NCBI GenBank assembly: GCA_015489365.1
Contig: WFZW01000237.1
Span: 2,211-26,210, forward strand
Direction of reading: 5' to 3'
From: Deltaproteobacteria bacterium
GTDB lineage: Bacteria > Desulfobacterota > Dissulfuribacteria > Dissulfuribacterales > QOAL01
Length of the DNA: 24,000 nucleotides
A program made the translations under genes and the position numbers. Below, piece by piece: positions 1 through 9,534 of this stretch. The notes beneath the pieces were generated by a model. It was not told the DNA's origin and searched no databases. It was given only the letters and a program-made list of their open reading frames with translations. Position 1 is the stretch's first letter; each line of letters starts with the position of its first letter.

Positions 1-1
1 C

Positions 2-673
2 ATGAGCGAATTCATGGAGAAACATGCCGTTGCCAGGCTAATCGGTGCTCCTCCAGGATACGTTGGGTATGAAGAGGGGGGATACCTTACCGAAGCGGTT
101 AGGAGAAAACCCTACTCGGTGATCCTCTTCGACGAAATCGAAAAGGCCCATCCGGATGTCTTCAACATATTGCTACAAATACTGGATGACGGAAGGCTTA
201 CCGATGGAAAGGGCCGGACGGTGGACTTCAGGAACACCATAATAATCATGACCTCCAACATTGGCAGTGACCTGATCCAGGAAATCCACGAGTACGAGGA
301 GATGGAACGCAGGGTCATGGATGCCCTGAGGAGACACTTCAAGCCTGAGTTCCTGAACCGGGTAGATGACATCATAATCTTCCACTCCCTGTCCAGGGAA
401 CAACTGACCAAGATCGTGGAGATACAGCTTGGCTACCTGAAAAACCGCCTCGCCGAACACAACTTCGAGATTGAGGTAACCGAAAAGGCGAAGAAATGGA
501 TAGCAGACGTGGGTTATGATCCCACATACGGTGCCAGGCCTCTTAAGAGGGCCATACAAAAATATATAGAAGATCCACTGGCACTGGAGATCCTGGAAGG
601 GACCTTTTCCGAAGGCGACAAGATCCTGGTCGACGTGGACGAAAATGGCCACGTATTCTTTGAAAAGGGTTAA
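2..673 (+). CDS. clpB: ClpB-type AAA+ disaggregase, C-terminal part (5' end outside the window)
   Basis: The ORF is open from the window edge. The translation carries ClpB/Hsp104 second-AAA module signatures ([74 protein letters not shown]; ..[11 protein letters not shown]..). Stop TAA at 671-673. Confidence 0.93.
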   Translation: MSEFMEKHAVARLIGAPPGYVGYEEGGYLTEAVRRKPYSVILFDEIEKAHPDVFNILLQILDDGRLTDGKGRTVDFRNTIIIMTSNIGSDLIQEIHEYEEMERRVMDALRRHFKPEFLNRVDDIIIFHSLSREQLTKIVEIQLGYLKNRLAEHNFEIEVTEKAKKWIADVGYDPTYGARPLKRAIQKYIEDPLALEILEGTFSEGDKILVDVDENGHVFFEKG

Positions 674-727
674 TAACAGCTTCCCGTCTGGGAACCTATG
701 CCAACCTTAATCACAGATCATGTAGCT

Positions 728-768
728 AAGGCCCTGCCTATTGACGGGTAGGGCCTTTTGCTATTTGG
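728..768 (+). terminator. Rho-independent terminator between convergent clpB and fdhA
   Basis: AAGGCCCTGCC (728-738) pairs with GGGTAGGGCCTT (747-758), giving about 11 bp with one G-U. It is followed by a T-rich run, TTTTGCTATTT. It sits 55 nt after the clpB stop and immediately before the fdhA stop (769-771). Confidence 0.7.
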
Positions 769-3700
769 TCATTTCTCAAGCCTTACCGCGCACACCTTGT
801 ATTCAGGGGTCATGGTCTTCGTATCCATGCCGGGGCTGGTAAGGAAATTCGTAAGGGTCTTCTGGTAATGGAAGGACATGAACACGGTCCCAGGCCTGCT
901 GCGCCTGGTCACCCTTGCACGGACCTTTACCACGGCCCTCCGTGAGACCACCTTCACCATGTCACCATCCATGATACCAAGTGCTTCGCAATCAACAGGG
1001 TGAACCTCTACATGTTCCTCCGGCGAGAGGATGTCAAAACCTTCGCACCTGGTCGTCATGGAGGCATTGTTGTAATGCTCAAGGCGCCTGCCGGTTATGA
1101 GGACCAGGGGAAAGTCCTTGTCTGCATCCTCCTCCGGCAGCATGTAGGACACTGGCACAAAATGCCCCTTGCCCCTTGGGAAGGTCTTGGTATGGAGAAG
1201 CGGCGTACCGTGTCTTTCTGAGGCCGATACCGGCCATACCTGCCCGATTTCATCCAGGTAACGGTAGGAAATGCCGGCATAGGCCGGGACCAACTGGGAT
1301 ATCTCTCCCATTATCTGCTCAGGATGGTTGTAGAACATGGGGTATCCCATGGCCTGGGACAAAAGGCACACTATCTCCCAATCTGCCTTTGAAGCACCAG
1401 GGGCCTCAAGGGCCTTGTTGACACGGCGCACCCGCCGTTCCCCGCTGGTAAAGGTCCCATCCTTTTCGTAAAAACTGGCTGCAGGAAGGATTACGTGGGC
1501 AAACTTCGCGGTCTCGATCATGAACATGTCTTGCAGTACCAAGAAATCAAGGGCCCTTAACGCCTTATGCACATGAGCAATGTTTGCCTGGGTCTGGGCA
1601 GGATCGTATCCCACGCAGTAGAGCCCCTTGAAGGTGCCTTCTATGGCCTTGGTATACATCTGGGGTTCCAGCAGGCCCTCGGTGGTCGGCAGGCTATCAA
1701 CCCCCCAGGCCCTTGCAAAGCTCTCCAGCACCTTCTCGTCATCGGTGGCCTGATACCCTGGATAGGTATATGGAAGGGTACCCATATCACATGCACCCTG
1801 AACGTTATTCTGCCCCCTTAAGGGATCGATACCATTATGAGGCCTACCTACATGACCGGTGGCAAGCACCAGATTCGCAAGGGCCATGACACCGGCTGTC
1901 CCACCCTTGTGCTCTGCAACGCCCAGGCCATAAAGTATAAGGGCATTGTTCGCCTGGGCATATTTTCTTGCCGCCTTTACTATATCCTCCGCTGGCACCC
2001 CGGTGATCTCAGCGGTCTTATCCGGCGTACAATCTGCGATATGTTTCCTGAGCGCATCGATATTTTCGGTTCGTGCGGAGATAAAGGCATCATCCTGCAA
2101 TCCTTCCTTGAAGATCACGTGGAGCATCCCGTTTAACAATGGGATGTTGGTACCTGGTTTGAGTCTGAGCCATATGCCTTCTGGTTGGGCCTCGGCAATG
2201 GCTGCCACATCGGTACGCCTGGGATCTATCACTATCAGGTCTGTTCCCTGCCTTACCGCCTCCTTTACCTTGAGCCCAACGATAGGGTGCGCCTCTGTTG
2301 TGTTCGAACCACATATGAGGAGGCAATCGGTACCGATGATCTGTTCAAATGGGGTGGTGGCTGCCCCGCTTCCCAGTGTGGCCAGCAGACCGCTGACCGA
2401 TGGAGCGTGTCAGACCCGGGCACAATTATCTATGTTATTGGTCCCCCATACCCCCCTTGCAAGCTTCTGTAGGAGATAATTCTCCTCATTGGTGCATCTA
2501 GATGATGCAAGTATGCCAAGGCTGTCCGCCCCATAGGCCTCCTTTATCCGCATGAAACGGGCTGCTGTGAAACGAAGGGCCTCGTCCCAATCCACCTCCC
2601 TGAAGGGTTCCTCTATGCTATCCCTGATGAGCGGCCTTGTAAGCCTATCCTTATGACGGTAAAAGGTATAGCCAAACCTGCCCTTTACGCACAGATTCCC
2701 CCAGTTTGGCGGACGTTTCCTGTCTGCCCTCACCTCTATCAAGGATCCATAGTTTACCAGCAGGTCCAGGCTGCAACCGGTTCCGCAATAGGTGCACACG
2801 CTCTTTACGGGCTTGACCTGGGAAGGAAGAAGCGGCACGATCACGGCCTTCTTGGAAAGTGCCCCGGTAGGACAGGCATCCACACATGCACCACACGATA
2901 CGCACTTTTCGTTCAAGCCTATGGAGACATCCTGCATGGTACCCGTCTTTGGATCCTCCTTTATCTCAAGAACCAGTGCCCCGTACCTGCAACTACGTTC
3001 ACACCTGGTGCACCCTATACACTTGTTGGGATCTACCTGAATGAAGGGATGGGAAGAGTCGATCTTGTATCTCATCCTTGAAGGCGCCTTGTTGGTCTTC
3101 ACCTTGTAATCTATGGAAAGCTCCCTATAGGTACATTTCGAAAGACCTGAGCAGCCGCATCTAAGGCACCTCTTCGCCTCCCTGACCGCCATCTCCTCGG
3201 AGAATCCAAGGGCGACCTCGTCAAAATCCTGGGTCCTTCTCTCAGGGGGGCGGCTTGGCATGATTTCGTTCAACCTGATGGAATAACCATCGAAGTTGTG
3301 CATGTCCACGTCTTCGAATCTCTTGCCCTTGGTAAAATTAAACCTGGGTTCGATCAGGCCCACCTTTTCCTTTTCCAGGAATTCATGGATAGATTCTGCG
3401 GCCCTGCGGCCTGCCGCAACCGCCTGTATAACCGTTCTGGAACCACTTACCGCATCCCCACCGGCAAAGATGCCAGACACGCTGGTCTTCATGGTACTTG
3501 GGTGGGCCTTAATGGTCTTTCTAGGGGTCACGGCAATGGAGGCCTCAAGCTCACCAAAACTCTGGAAGGTGATGTCGCCCTCCTGACCAAGGGCAGAGAT
3601 GACCGTATCCCCATCCCAAAACAATCTCGACCCTGGCATGGGTACAGGCAGCCTTATTCCCCGCTCATTGGGCTCGCCCAATATGGTCCTTGCCATCTCC

Positions 3701-4884
3701 ACCTTGATGCCGTTTTCGACCTCAAAGAGTCTCATGGGCATAGCCATGAGGAAAAATTGTACCCCTTCCTTTTCTGCCTCACCTATATCCCGTTGGTGTG
3801 CCGGAAGCTCCACCCTGGACCTGGGATAGATAACGGTTACATCCTCAGCTCCAAGACGCTTAGCACTCCTTGCGGCATCGACCGCTATGTCGCCACCGCC
3901 TATAATAAGGACCTTCTTCCCTATCCTGGGTGCTGATCCCGTATTGATGCGCCTTAGAAACTTCAACCCATCTATTGCAAGCTGTCCACCCTCAACCTCC
4001 AGTGGTTTCTGCCTGGAAAGGCCGGTGGCTAGAAAGATGGATTCGAACCCATCATCTCTTAGATCCTGGAGGGTAAAATCCTCTCCCCAACTCTTTCCCG
4101 TCTTGACATGGATACCCAATTCGAGGATGGAACGTATCTCCTTGTCCAGTGCCTTGTCCGGAAGCTTGAAGTTTGGGATACCGTAGCGAAGCAGGCCGCC
4201 TAATTTCTCTGCGGCCTCGAATATCCACACCTCATGGCCCAATTTCCTAAGATAGTAGGCACAGGAAAGGCCTGCTGGCCCACCACCTACGATGGCTACC
4301 TTGTGACCTGTAGCTGGAGCAATATCCCTTTCCCTGTAACCGTGTTCAAGGGCATAGTCCGCAACGAATCGCTTCAGGTGATTGATGGCTATTGCCTCGT
4401 CCAGGAGTACACGCCGACAGCGGGTTTCGCAAAAACGCGGGCACACCCTACCCACTGATACAGGCAATGGATTCTTTTCCTTTATCAACCTAAGGGCGGC
4501 CTCGTATTCCCCCTTGGCCACCAGATTCACGTAACCCTGGACATTGATCCCCCCTGGACAGGTCAGATTACACGGGGCTCGGCAATCTCCATAGTGATTA
4601 TCGGCAAGGGCCTGTAGCCTTTCCTTCCTGAATGCCTCCAGCTCCTTTGTCCGGGTTTCTATCTGCATCCCTGGTGCAACCTCGGTGCTGCATGCACGTA
4701 CCCTGCCACTGCCAGCAACCTCCACCATGCACAGGAGACACGGCCGCCTCGAATCCTCTCCTTCCGGGAGATAGCACAGGGTTGGGATGTATATTCCTGC
4801 CTGTTGCGCCGCCTTGAGTATAGTAATCCCCTGGGATACCTGTATTTCCTTACCGTCTATTATTATCGTATATAATTCGCCCAT
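769..4884 (-). CDS. fdhA: Selenocysteine formate dehydrogenase catalytic subunit, 1371 aa read through the TGA at 2410-2412. It is fused N-terminally to a 2Fe-2S ferredoxin domain and a GltD/NfnB-like FAD-NAD(P)H oxidoreductase module.
   Basis: ORFs 2410..4884 and 769..2232 share one frame; the only stop between them is the TGA at 2410-2412. Readthrough gives ..NNIDNCARV-U-HAPSVSGLLATLGSGAATTPFEQIIGTDCLLICGSNTTEAHPIVGLK..IDPRRTD.., the CARV[C/U]H Mo/W-bisPGD formate dehydrogenase active-site box. The N-terminus has a 2Fe-2S fold (CYLPEGEDSRRPCLLCMVEV), GltD-type Fe-S motifs (GRVCPRFCETRCRR), two Rossmann GxGxxG motifs (VAIVGGGPAGL, VLIIGGGDIAVD), then 4Fe-4S motifs (CIGCTRCERSC, CVSCGACVDACP, CTYCGTGC). 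Confidence 0.93.
2380..2398 (-). promoter_or_regulatory. Candidate bacterial SECIS hairpin for the fdhA UGA
   Basis: RNA: UGA CAC GCU CCA UC-GGUCAGC-GGUCU-GCUGGCC. This is a 7-bp stem (one G-U) with loop GGUCU, starting 11 nt after the UGA. It resembles the E. coli fdhF SECIS apical region (..GCAGGUCUGC..) as I recall it. Confidence 0.6.
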
Positions 4885-4914
4885 AGGTCTCGAATCGGTT
4901 GCCTCTGACGACTG

Positions 4915-5805
4915 CTAAAGTTCCAGCCAGGATTCCGAAAAGACGGTCTTGCCGGTCAACACCCTGGCGGTCTTATAGTATTCCAGTTCCTTCGGAGACA
5001 GCTTTGAAGGATCAGGATCGTTTCCATCCATGATATCATGGACGATCTTTACCAGCTCAGGTCTCTTCCCATGGGCCAATTCCACCAGCTCATGATCGTA
5101 GGTATCGACGATGGCAGACCATATGCCATATTTCATAAGCATGGCCAAATATGCCCTGTTCAGATAGGGCCTTTTATCACTGGAGACCCCGTTTGATACA
5201 TTTGAAAGCCCAACCGTAGACTTGACACCGGGTGCTATCTCGTTGAGCATTCCCATGAATTCAACGCCGCTCATGACCTGATCAGAGCCCAGGGTAATGG
5301 GTGTACCTATGGGGTCCACCAGGATCTTTTCATTGGGGATGCCGGCCTCGTTCATGGCCATGGTGATATCCACGGTCATGGCAGCCCTTTCGTTAGAATC
5401 CCTTGGCATACCGTCCACACCCCATAGCAGTCCTACTACGTAACAGCCGGTCTCTGCGGCAACGGGGATAAGCTTCTTCATCCGCTCAGGCTGAAGGGAT
5501 ATGGAGTTCATTATATGCCTTTCAGGATGTTTGGCGGCCTTGATACCGGCTATAAGTGCATCGGCATTGGTGGTATCAAGGGACAAGGGACAATCGGTCA
5601 CCTCCTCCACCACCCGTACGATCCATGGCATCAACTCCGGCCCATCCTTCCTGGCAGGACCTATGTTTAAGTCCAGAAAATCACCGCCATCTGCAACCTC
5701 TTCATGGGCCATCTCCACTATGGGCAAGGGATCTCGCTGCCTCATGGCCTCCCCGGTGCGCTTGCCCATGATGTTTATACTCTCGGCTATACATTGCACA
5801 TACAT
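4915..5805 (-). CDS. acsE: Methyltetrahydrofolate:corrinoid/iron-sulfur protein Co-methyltransferase (pterin-binding domain)
   Basis: 296 aa, collinear with AcsE/MeTr: ..DFLDLNIGPA.., ..CPLSLDTTN.., ..MNSISLQPER.., ..VGLSNVSNG... GAGG sits 9 nt upstream of the ATG at 5805. Confidence 0.92.
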   Translation of the reverse strand: MYVQCIAESINIMGKRTGEAMRQRDPLPIVEMAHEEVADGGDFLDLNIGPARKDGPELMPWIVRVVEEVTDCPLSLDTTNADALIAGIKAAKHPERHIMNSISLQPERMKKLIPVAAETGCYVVGLLWGVDGMPRDSNERAAMTVDITMAMNEAGIPNEKILVDPIGTPITLGSDQVMSGVEFMGMLNEIAPGVKSTVGLSNVSNGVSSDKRPYLNRAYLAMLMKYGIWSAIVDTYDHELVELAHGKRPELVKIVHDIMDGNDPDPSKLSPKELEYYKTARVLTGKTVFSESWLEL

Positions 5806-5839
5806 TTCGATAAACCTCGTTTCCGTTGCTATTTAGCGT

Positions 5840-7192
5840 CTACTCAGGTTTCCAATTTTTCAGGAACGGGGCCAGATGACTTGCCTCCCTGGGGCCTATT
5901 TGTATCTTCCAATCTGGTAGTTCTTCCTCGAGTTCCCCTTTAATGGAGGCCAGATAGCCTGGTATTATCAGGGTGCGATGTTTCACCTTGTCCTCTATAC
6001 CGCTCTTCTTTACAAAGGCTGCTATAAGATCGGCACTAAACTTTCCAGCGGCCCATGCCGTAAGTACCGACAGGCCTTCGGTATCCTTTATGAGCAGCCA
6101 CGAAGGTACCTTACTACCTTCTATCTCGCCTGAGACTATGAAATAGGTCAAGGAGAAATTGCAGGTAATGAGCACTGGTGAATTTTCATCAGGCCCGTTA
6201 ATAGGATAAATATCTTCCTTGACCACCATGGGCCTCTGGGGATCGGTAAATAGGTTCAAGCGCTCGAGTAAAAGCGGAAATAGTGTATCCCCGTGTATAT
6301 CCGAAAGGATTATTATGCCAGCATACTTGGCAATGAGGACCGAAGAAACTATGGATTCAAGCAAGGGATCGTCGGTTATCTCGCAGGGCAAAGCAATGGT
6401 TGGAAAACCAAGTGGCTTGTACTTGTGTTTGATGGAGGCCCGCCTTATGGCCACGTTGTCCTCTAAGACCGCCCTGATGGTACGTGCACCAGTATCGAGC
6501 ACCAGGTCCCTTATGCCCTTACCCTGAAGTTTTTCGGACAGTTCAGCGGTTTCCCCTATATCCTTTCCCTTGACCACCATGGGACAGCCTGTATCCTTGG
6601 CCACATCGGCCATCTGCTCCAGGTTTTCACCGGTAGCACAATAGAGTAGGGGTTTGAAAGTACCACATGTCTTGGCCCCGGCAACCAGGTTTTCTGGTTT
6701 TTCACTCATCAGGATCAAAAAGGCATCGGGACATTTTTCCCTCACCTTGCCAACGAGCCCGGTAAATCCTGCCTCATCGCCGGATTCATCTTGTATGGCC
6801 ACCATGTCTGCCTTGAGTTCCAGGCCTACCCTGTCATAGCGAAGGCCGTTGAATCTCTCGAGCCTTCCCTCTATCTCGGCATCATCCATGCCTGTAGTGA
6901 CCTGAACAGCTATTCCCGTGGGGTGCTCGAACCTCTTTTCATGCCTGTATAGACAGGTCTCCCCCCCTACCTGGAACTTGTGCTTGTCATCCCCCAGGGT
7001 TATTGTCCTGACCGGAGGGGCCGATGCCTCTCGGACCTTCTCCTTGACCTCCTCGGCCACATAGGGGCACTTGCCTATATCCTCCTGACCAGCCGCTACC
7101 TTCATGGCAAACGCAAGACAGGTGGGCACGCCACACTCCCCACAATTCTTCTTGGGGAGCATCTTCAGGATATCTATTCCTGTAAGAGCCAT
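5840..7192 (-). CDS. acsC: Corrinoid iron-sulfur protein large subunit (CFeSP gamma)
   Basis: 450 aa. The N-terminal 4Fe-4S motif LPKKNCGECGVPTCLAFAMKVA..GKCPY is typical of AcsC/CdhE, and the rest is collinear with the TIM-barrel and corrinoid-binding domains. RBS AGAGGAGAG lies upstream of the ATG at 7192. Confidence 0.92.
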   Translation of the reverse strand: MALTGIDILKMLPKKNCGECGVPTCLAFAMKVAAGQEDIGKCPYVAEEVKEKVREASAPPVRTITLGDDKHKFQVGGETCLYRHEKRFEHPTGIAVQVTTGMDDAEIEGRLERFNGLRYDRVGLELKADMVAIQDESGDEAGFTGLVGKVREKCPDAFLILMSEKPENLVAGAKTCGTFKPLLYCATGENLEQMADVAKDTGCPMVVKGKDIGETAELSEKLQGKGIRDLVLDTGARTIRAVLEDNVAIRRASIKHKYKPLGFPTIALPCEITDDPLLESIVSSVLIAKYAGIIILSDIHGDTLFPLLLERLNLFTDPQRPMVVKEDIYPINGPDENSPVLITCNFSLTYFIVSGEIEGSKVPSWLLIKDTEGLSVLTAWAAGKFSADLIAAFVKKSGIEDKVKHRTLIIPGYLASIKGELEEELPDWKIQIGPREASHLAPFLKNWKPE

Positions 7193-7207
7193 GATCTATC
7201 TCTCCTC

Positions 7208-9415
7208 TTAAACAACGCTCTCCATGGAAAGCGCCGGGTGTCCTTTTTCCTGGAGGTACTTCAACACCTCATCTTCCGATATGCCCACTTCCTCGTCAGC
7301 TATCATGTCCAGGAGATCCGGCACGCCTTCCTCCTTGGCCCTGGCCTCGAGACGCTCCCGAAGCTCTTCCTTGAGCATTTTGGGCATCCATACGACCCTC
7401 TTGATCCCTCCTTCCGCCTTCATGAATTTGCGGCTGCATATGTAATGCTTGGACACACCGAGGAAACCAGGATTCACCTGTCCGCCGCCAACCATGCCGG
7501 CAAGGGTGGTAAACTTCATACCACTGGGCGTCATACCAAGGTAATCCCTGTTCACTATCATGATACCATTGCACATGGGGAGCATGGTGGCTATAGCCTC
7601 GAAGCATCCACACGCGGTCATTGGGTCTATCATAAGGCTGTAGGCGCTGACCCTCTCGACCTTGCCTCTAGATGCCTTGCTGACGAATTCGTTGATACCC
7701 TTCCACTGCCCAAGGTTTGGATCTATGCATTCACCCTTCTCAATGGGCTGATTGGGACCAGTGGGATTGATCTCATAGGAGGCCTTGCCGTCCAACCAGT
7801 TGTAGGCCCCGCACATGCCCACTCTCTCTGGTGTAATGACACATACGTGGCTCGGGGCAAATGACTGGCACAAGGTACACGAATAAAAGGTCTCCTCGCT
7901 TTCATCGGTCATGGAACCAAGGCGTTCATCCCTTGCGGCATATACCTTTTTGGCCAGCTCCAGCACCTCCTTGACCTTGTCTTCCTCGGTATAGATCTTT
8001 ACCTGCACCTTATCCAGAATGGCACCAAAGTCTTGGTGGAGCTTGCCGTGCAGGATACGACCAATATGTTCGAACTTAAAACCCTTCTCTATGGCTGTCT
8101 TACCCACCCGGAGCCACATTATGTTCCTTTGCCCTATGTGCATGATGCCCTGGGCATAGTTGATCAGGTGGTGGAATTGACGTTCAAGGATCGGCTCGAA
8201 ATCCGACTGCATCTGCCTGCCTGCCACCTCTACCAGAATCGCCAAGGGAAGCTTGTCACCCTCCTTGGCATCGGTCATCTCTGGCCCCTCTACAGTGACC
8301 TTGCCATCTTCTATCTCGTCCATGTCCCTTGAGATGAGCAATTCCACACCAAGGGTCCTGCCTCCACCGCATTCAAGATAAAGATCATCCTTCCTGATGC
8401 GTTCACCTTCGAAGGCTGGACCATATGCCACTGGTATGTCGATCTTGGAAACCGTGACCTTAAGTCCCCTTACCTCTATGGCCTTCTGGACTATCTCATC
8501 GTGTGGGACATTGCTGACCACGTGCTCATAGGTACATATACCGGTTGGAAGGACCTGTGGTATATCCCAGTCAGAGATAGTGGGGAAACCCCAGTTGATT
8601 GCACCGGCTGCGTTTGCATACCATTCATCGGATACAGGGCCGAAGGCCATGACAAAGGCAAAGGTCCTGTCCTTGTTGTAGATCAGGTTCCCCTTGTAGT
8701 CTCCAGGTTCTATACCTCCAAAGGCCAAGGCCACCCTGCATGCAAAGCCTATGGCAAAGACCGCAGAGGTATACGTTGGCCCAAAGGGAACCAACCTGGT
8801 TGACCAACCAATCTGAATCTTCCTCTTGAGCAATTGATCTGGCATGCTGATGCCGTTGGTCTTATCGTGCATGAAGATGTAGAGGTTCTTTTCCTGGAGC
8901 TCCAGGGCTATCTTCTCTGCCTCTTTCTCGTCAGGAGGGGTCCCTAGGATTGCAGCGAATCCAGGGGCCGTACCATCCACGAACTCTACCCCCCTCTTAC
9001 GGAAGATTATGTCATCGGCAGCCCCCAGCCAAAATCGGTCCCCGCCTGGTGGATCTTCTGTCTTTGTATAGAAATCCGGATCCTCAATGTACCTTATGGC
9101 CTCGAACATCTCCTCGGCAAAAAATGTTGCCATGCCGGCATCCAGGGCCGGTGCCAAATATGGAAGCCATACCTTGTCGCTAACCGGTGGGGGAAGCAGC
9201 TTCCTGCATTCCTGGAAGATTTCCTTCATATCCCCAAGTTGTTTGACCGGAGCCCCTAACATGCTGTAGATAATGGGCAGATAATAGGCCGTATTCGGAA
9301 AGGCCACCTCGTGTTCAGGGCCGTATTTCTTCAAGGCCTCTTCGTATTTCTCCTCTGCCATATCAACGATCTTATGGGCACCTCGGATAGCGGCTGAACA
9401 AATTATCTTAGACAT
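7208..9415 (-). CDS. acsB: Acetyl-CoA synthase (A-cluster subunit of CODH/ACS), 735 aa
   Basis: The translation from MSKIICSAAIRGAHKIVDMAEEKYEEALKKYGPEHEVAFPNTAYYLPIIY.. is bacterial AcsB-like, including ..CTLCQSFAPSHVCVITPERVGMCGA.. and ..ACGCFE.. (A-cluster ligands). I chose the ATG at 9415 (AGAGAGGATCAAG-ATG) over the ORF-track start at 9472, which has no RBS and overlaps the leader element. Confidence 0.93.
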   Translation of the reverse strand: MSKIICSAAIRGAHKIVDMAEEKYEEALKKYGPEHEVAFPNTAYYLPIIYSMLGAPVKQLGDMKEIFQECRKLLPPPVSDKVWLPYLAPALDAGMATFFAEEMFEAIRYIEDPDFYTKTEDPPGGDRFWLGAADDIIFRKRGVEFVDGTAPGFAAILGTPPDEKEAEKIALELQEKNLYIFMHDKTNGISMPDQLLKRKIQIGWSTRLVPFGPTYTSAVFAIGFACRVALAFGGIEPGDYKGNLIYNKDRTFAFVMAFGPVSDEWYANAAGAINWGFPTISDWDIPQVLPTGICTYEHVVSNVPHDEIVQKAIEVRGLKVTVSKIDIPVAYGPAFEGERIRKDDLYLECGGGRTLGVELLISRDMDEIEDGKVTVEGPEMTDAKEGDKLPLAILVEVAGRQMQSDFEPILERQFHHLINYAQGIMHIGQRNIMWLRVGKTAIEKGFKFEHIGRILHGKLHQDFGAILDKVQVKIYTEEDKVKEVLELAKKVYAARDERLGSMTDESEETFYSCTLCQSFAPSHVCVITPERVGMCGAYNWLDGKASYEINPTGPNQPIEKGECIDPNLGQWKGINEFVSKASRGKVERVSAYSLMIDPMTACGCFEAIATMLPMCNGIMIVNRDYLGMTPSGMKFTTLAGMVGGGQVNPGFLGVSKHYICSRKFMKAEGGIKRVVWMPKMLKEELRERLEARAKEEGVPDLLDMIADEEVGISEDEVLKYLQEKGHPALSMESVV

Positions 9416-9440
9416 CTTGATCCTCTCTGAGAAATATTTC

Positions 9441-9480
9441 TGTAAATTTTCACGCGGCCTGTATACCAACACCGCGCATC
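9441..9480 (-). promoter_or_regulatory. Degenerate fifth copy of the recurrent leader element, upstream of acsB
   Basis: Transcribed strand: GATGCGCGGTGTTGGTATACAGGCCGCGTGAAAATTTACA. It retains the inner stem (CGCGG / CCGCG) and the ..GGCCGCRTGAAA.TTT block seen in the four strong copies. It ends 25 nt before the acsB ATG. Confidence 0.35.
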
Positions 9481-9534
9481 TCTTTATATGGAAGGTAAAT
9501 ATACTTCCTTACCACAAAGTGACTAGCCTCCCGG

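Noticed and set aside
2232-2412. Formate dehydrogenase appears split into two ORFs (769..2232 and 2410..4884). Is it a pseudogene or two subunits?
   Set aside because: Both pieces are in the same frame. The 177 nt between them has no other stop and encodes conserved FdhA sequence (HAPSVSGLLATLGSGAATTPFEQIIGTDCLLICGSNTTEAHPIVGLK..). The single TGA is at the catalytic Sec/Cys position and has a SECIS-like hairpin.
6980-7864. 294-aa plus-strand ORF
   Set aside because: It is antisense to acsC and acsB, which have unmistakable homology. It has no recognisable motifs and no RBS, and is a typical shadow ORF of a GC-moderate coding region. The same reasoning applies to 3298..3936, 15627..16391, 19019..19510, 19601..20332 and 20432..21082.
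9416-9472. Longer acsB start (MLVYRPRENLQKYFSERIK..) given by the ORF track
   Set aside because: There is no RBS. The extension is not AcsB-like and overlaps the conserved intergenic element. The ATG at 9415 has a good SD and gives the canonical MSKII.. N-terminus.
9490-9513. Hairpin GGAAGGTAAATATACTTCCTTACC after the metF::acsD stop as an intrinsic terminator
   Set aside because: There are two alternative 5-bp stems, an AU-rich loop and no downstream U tract on the transcribed strand. This is too weak to call.
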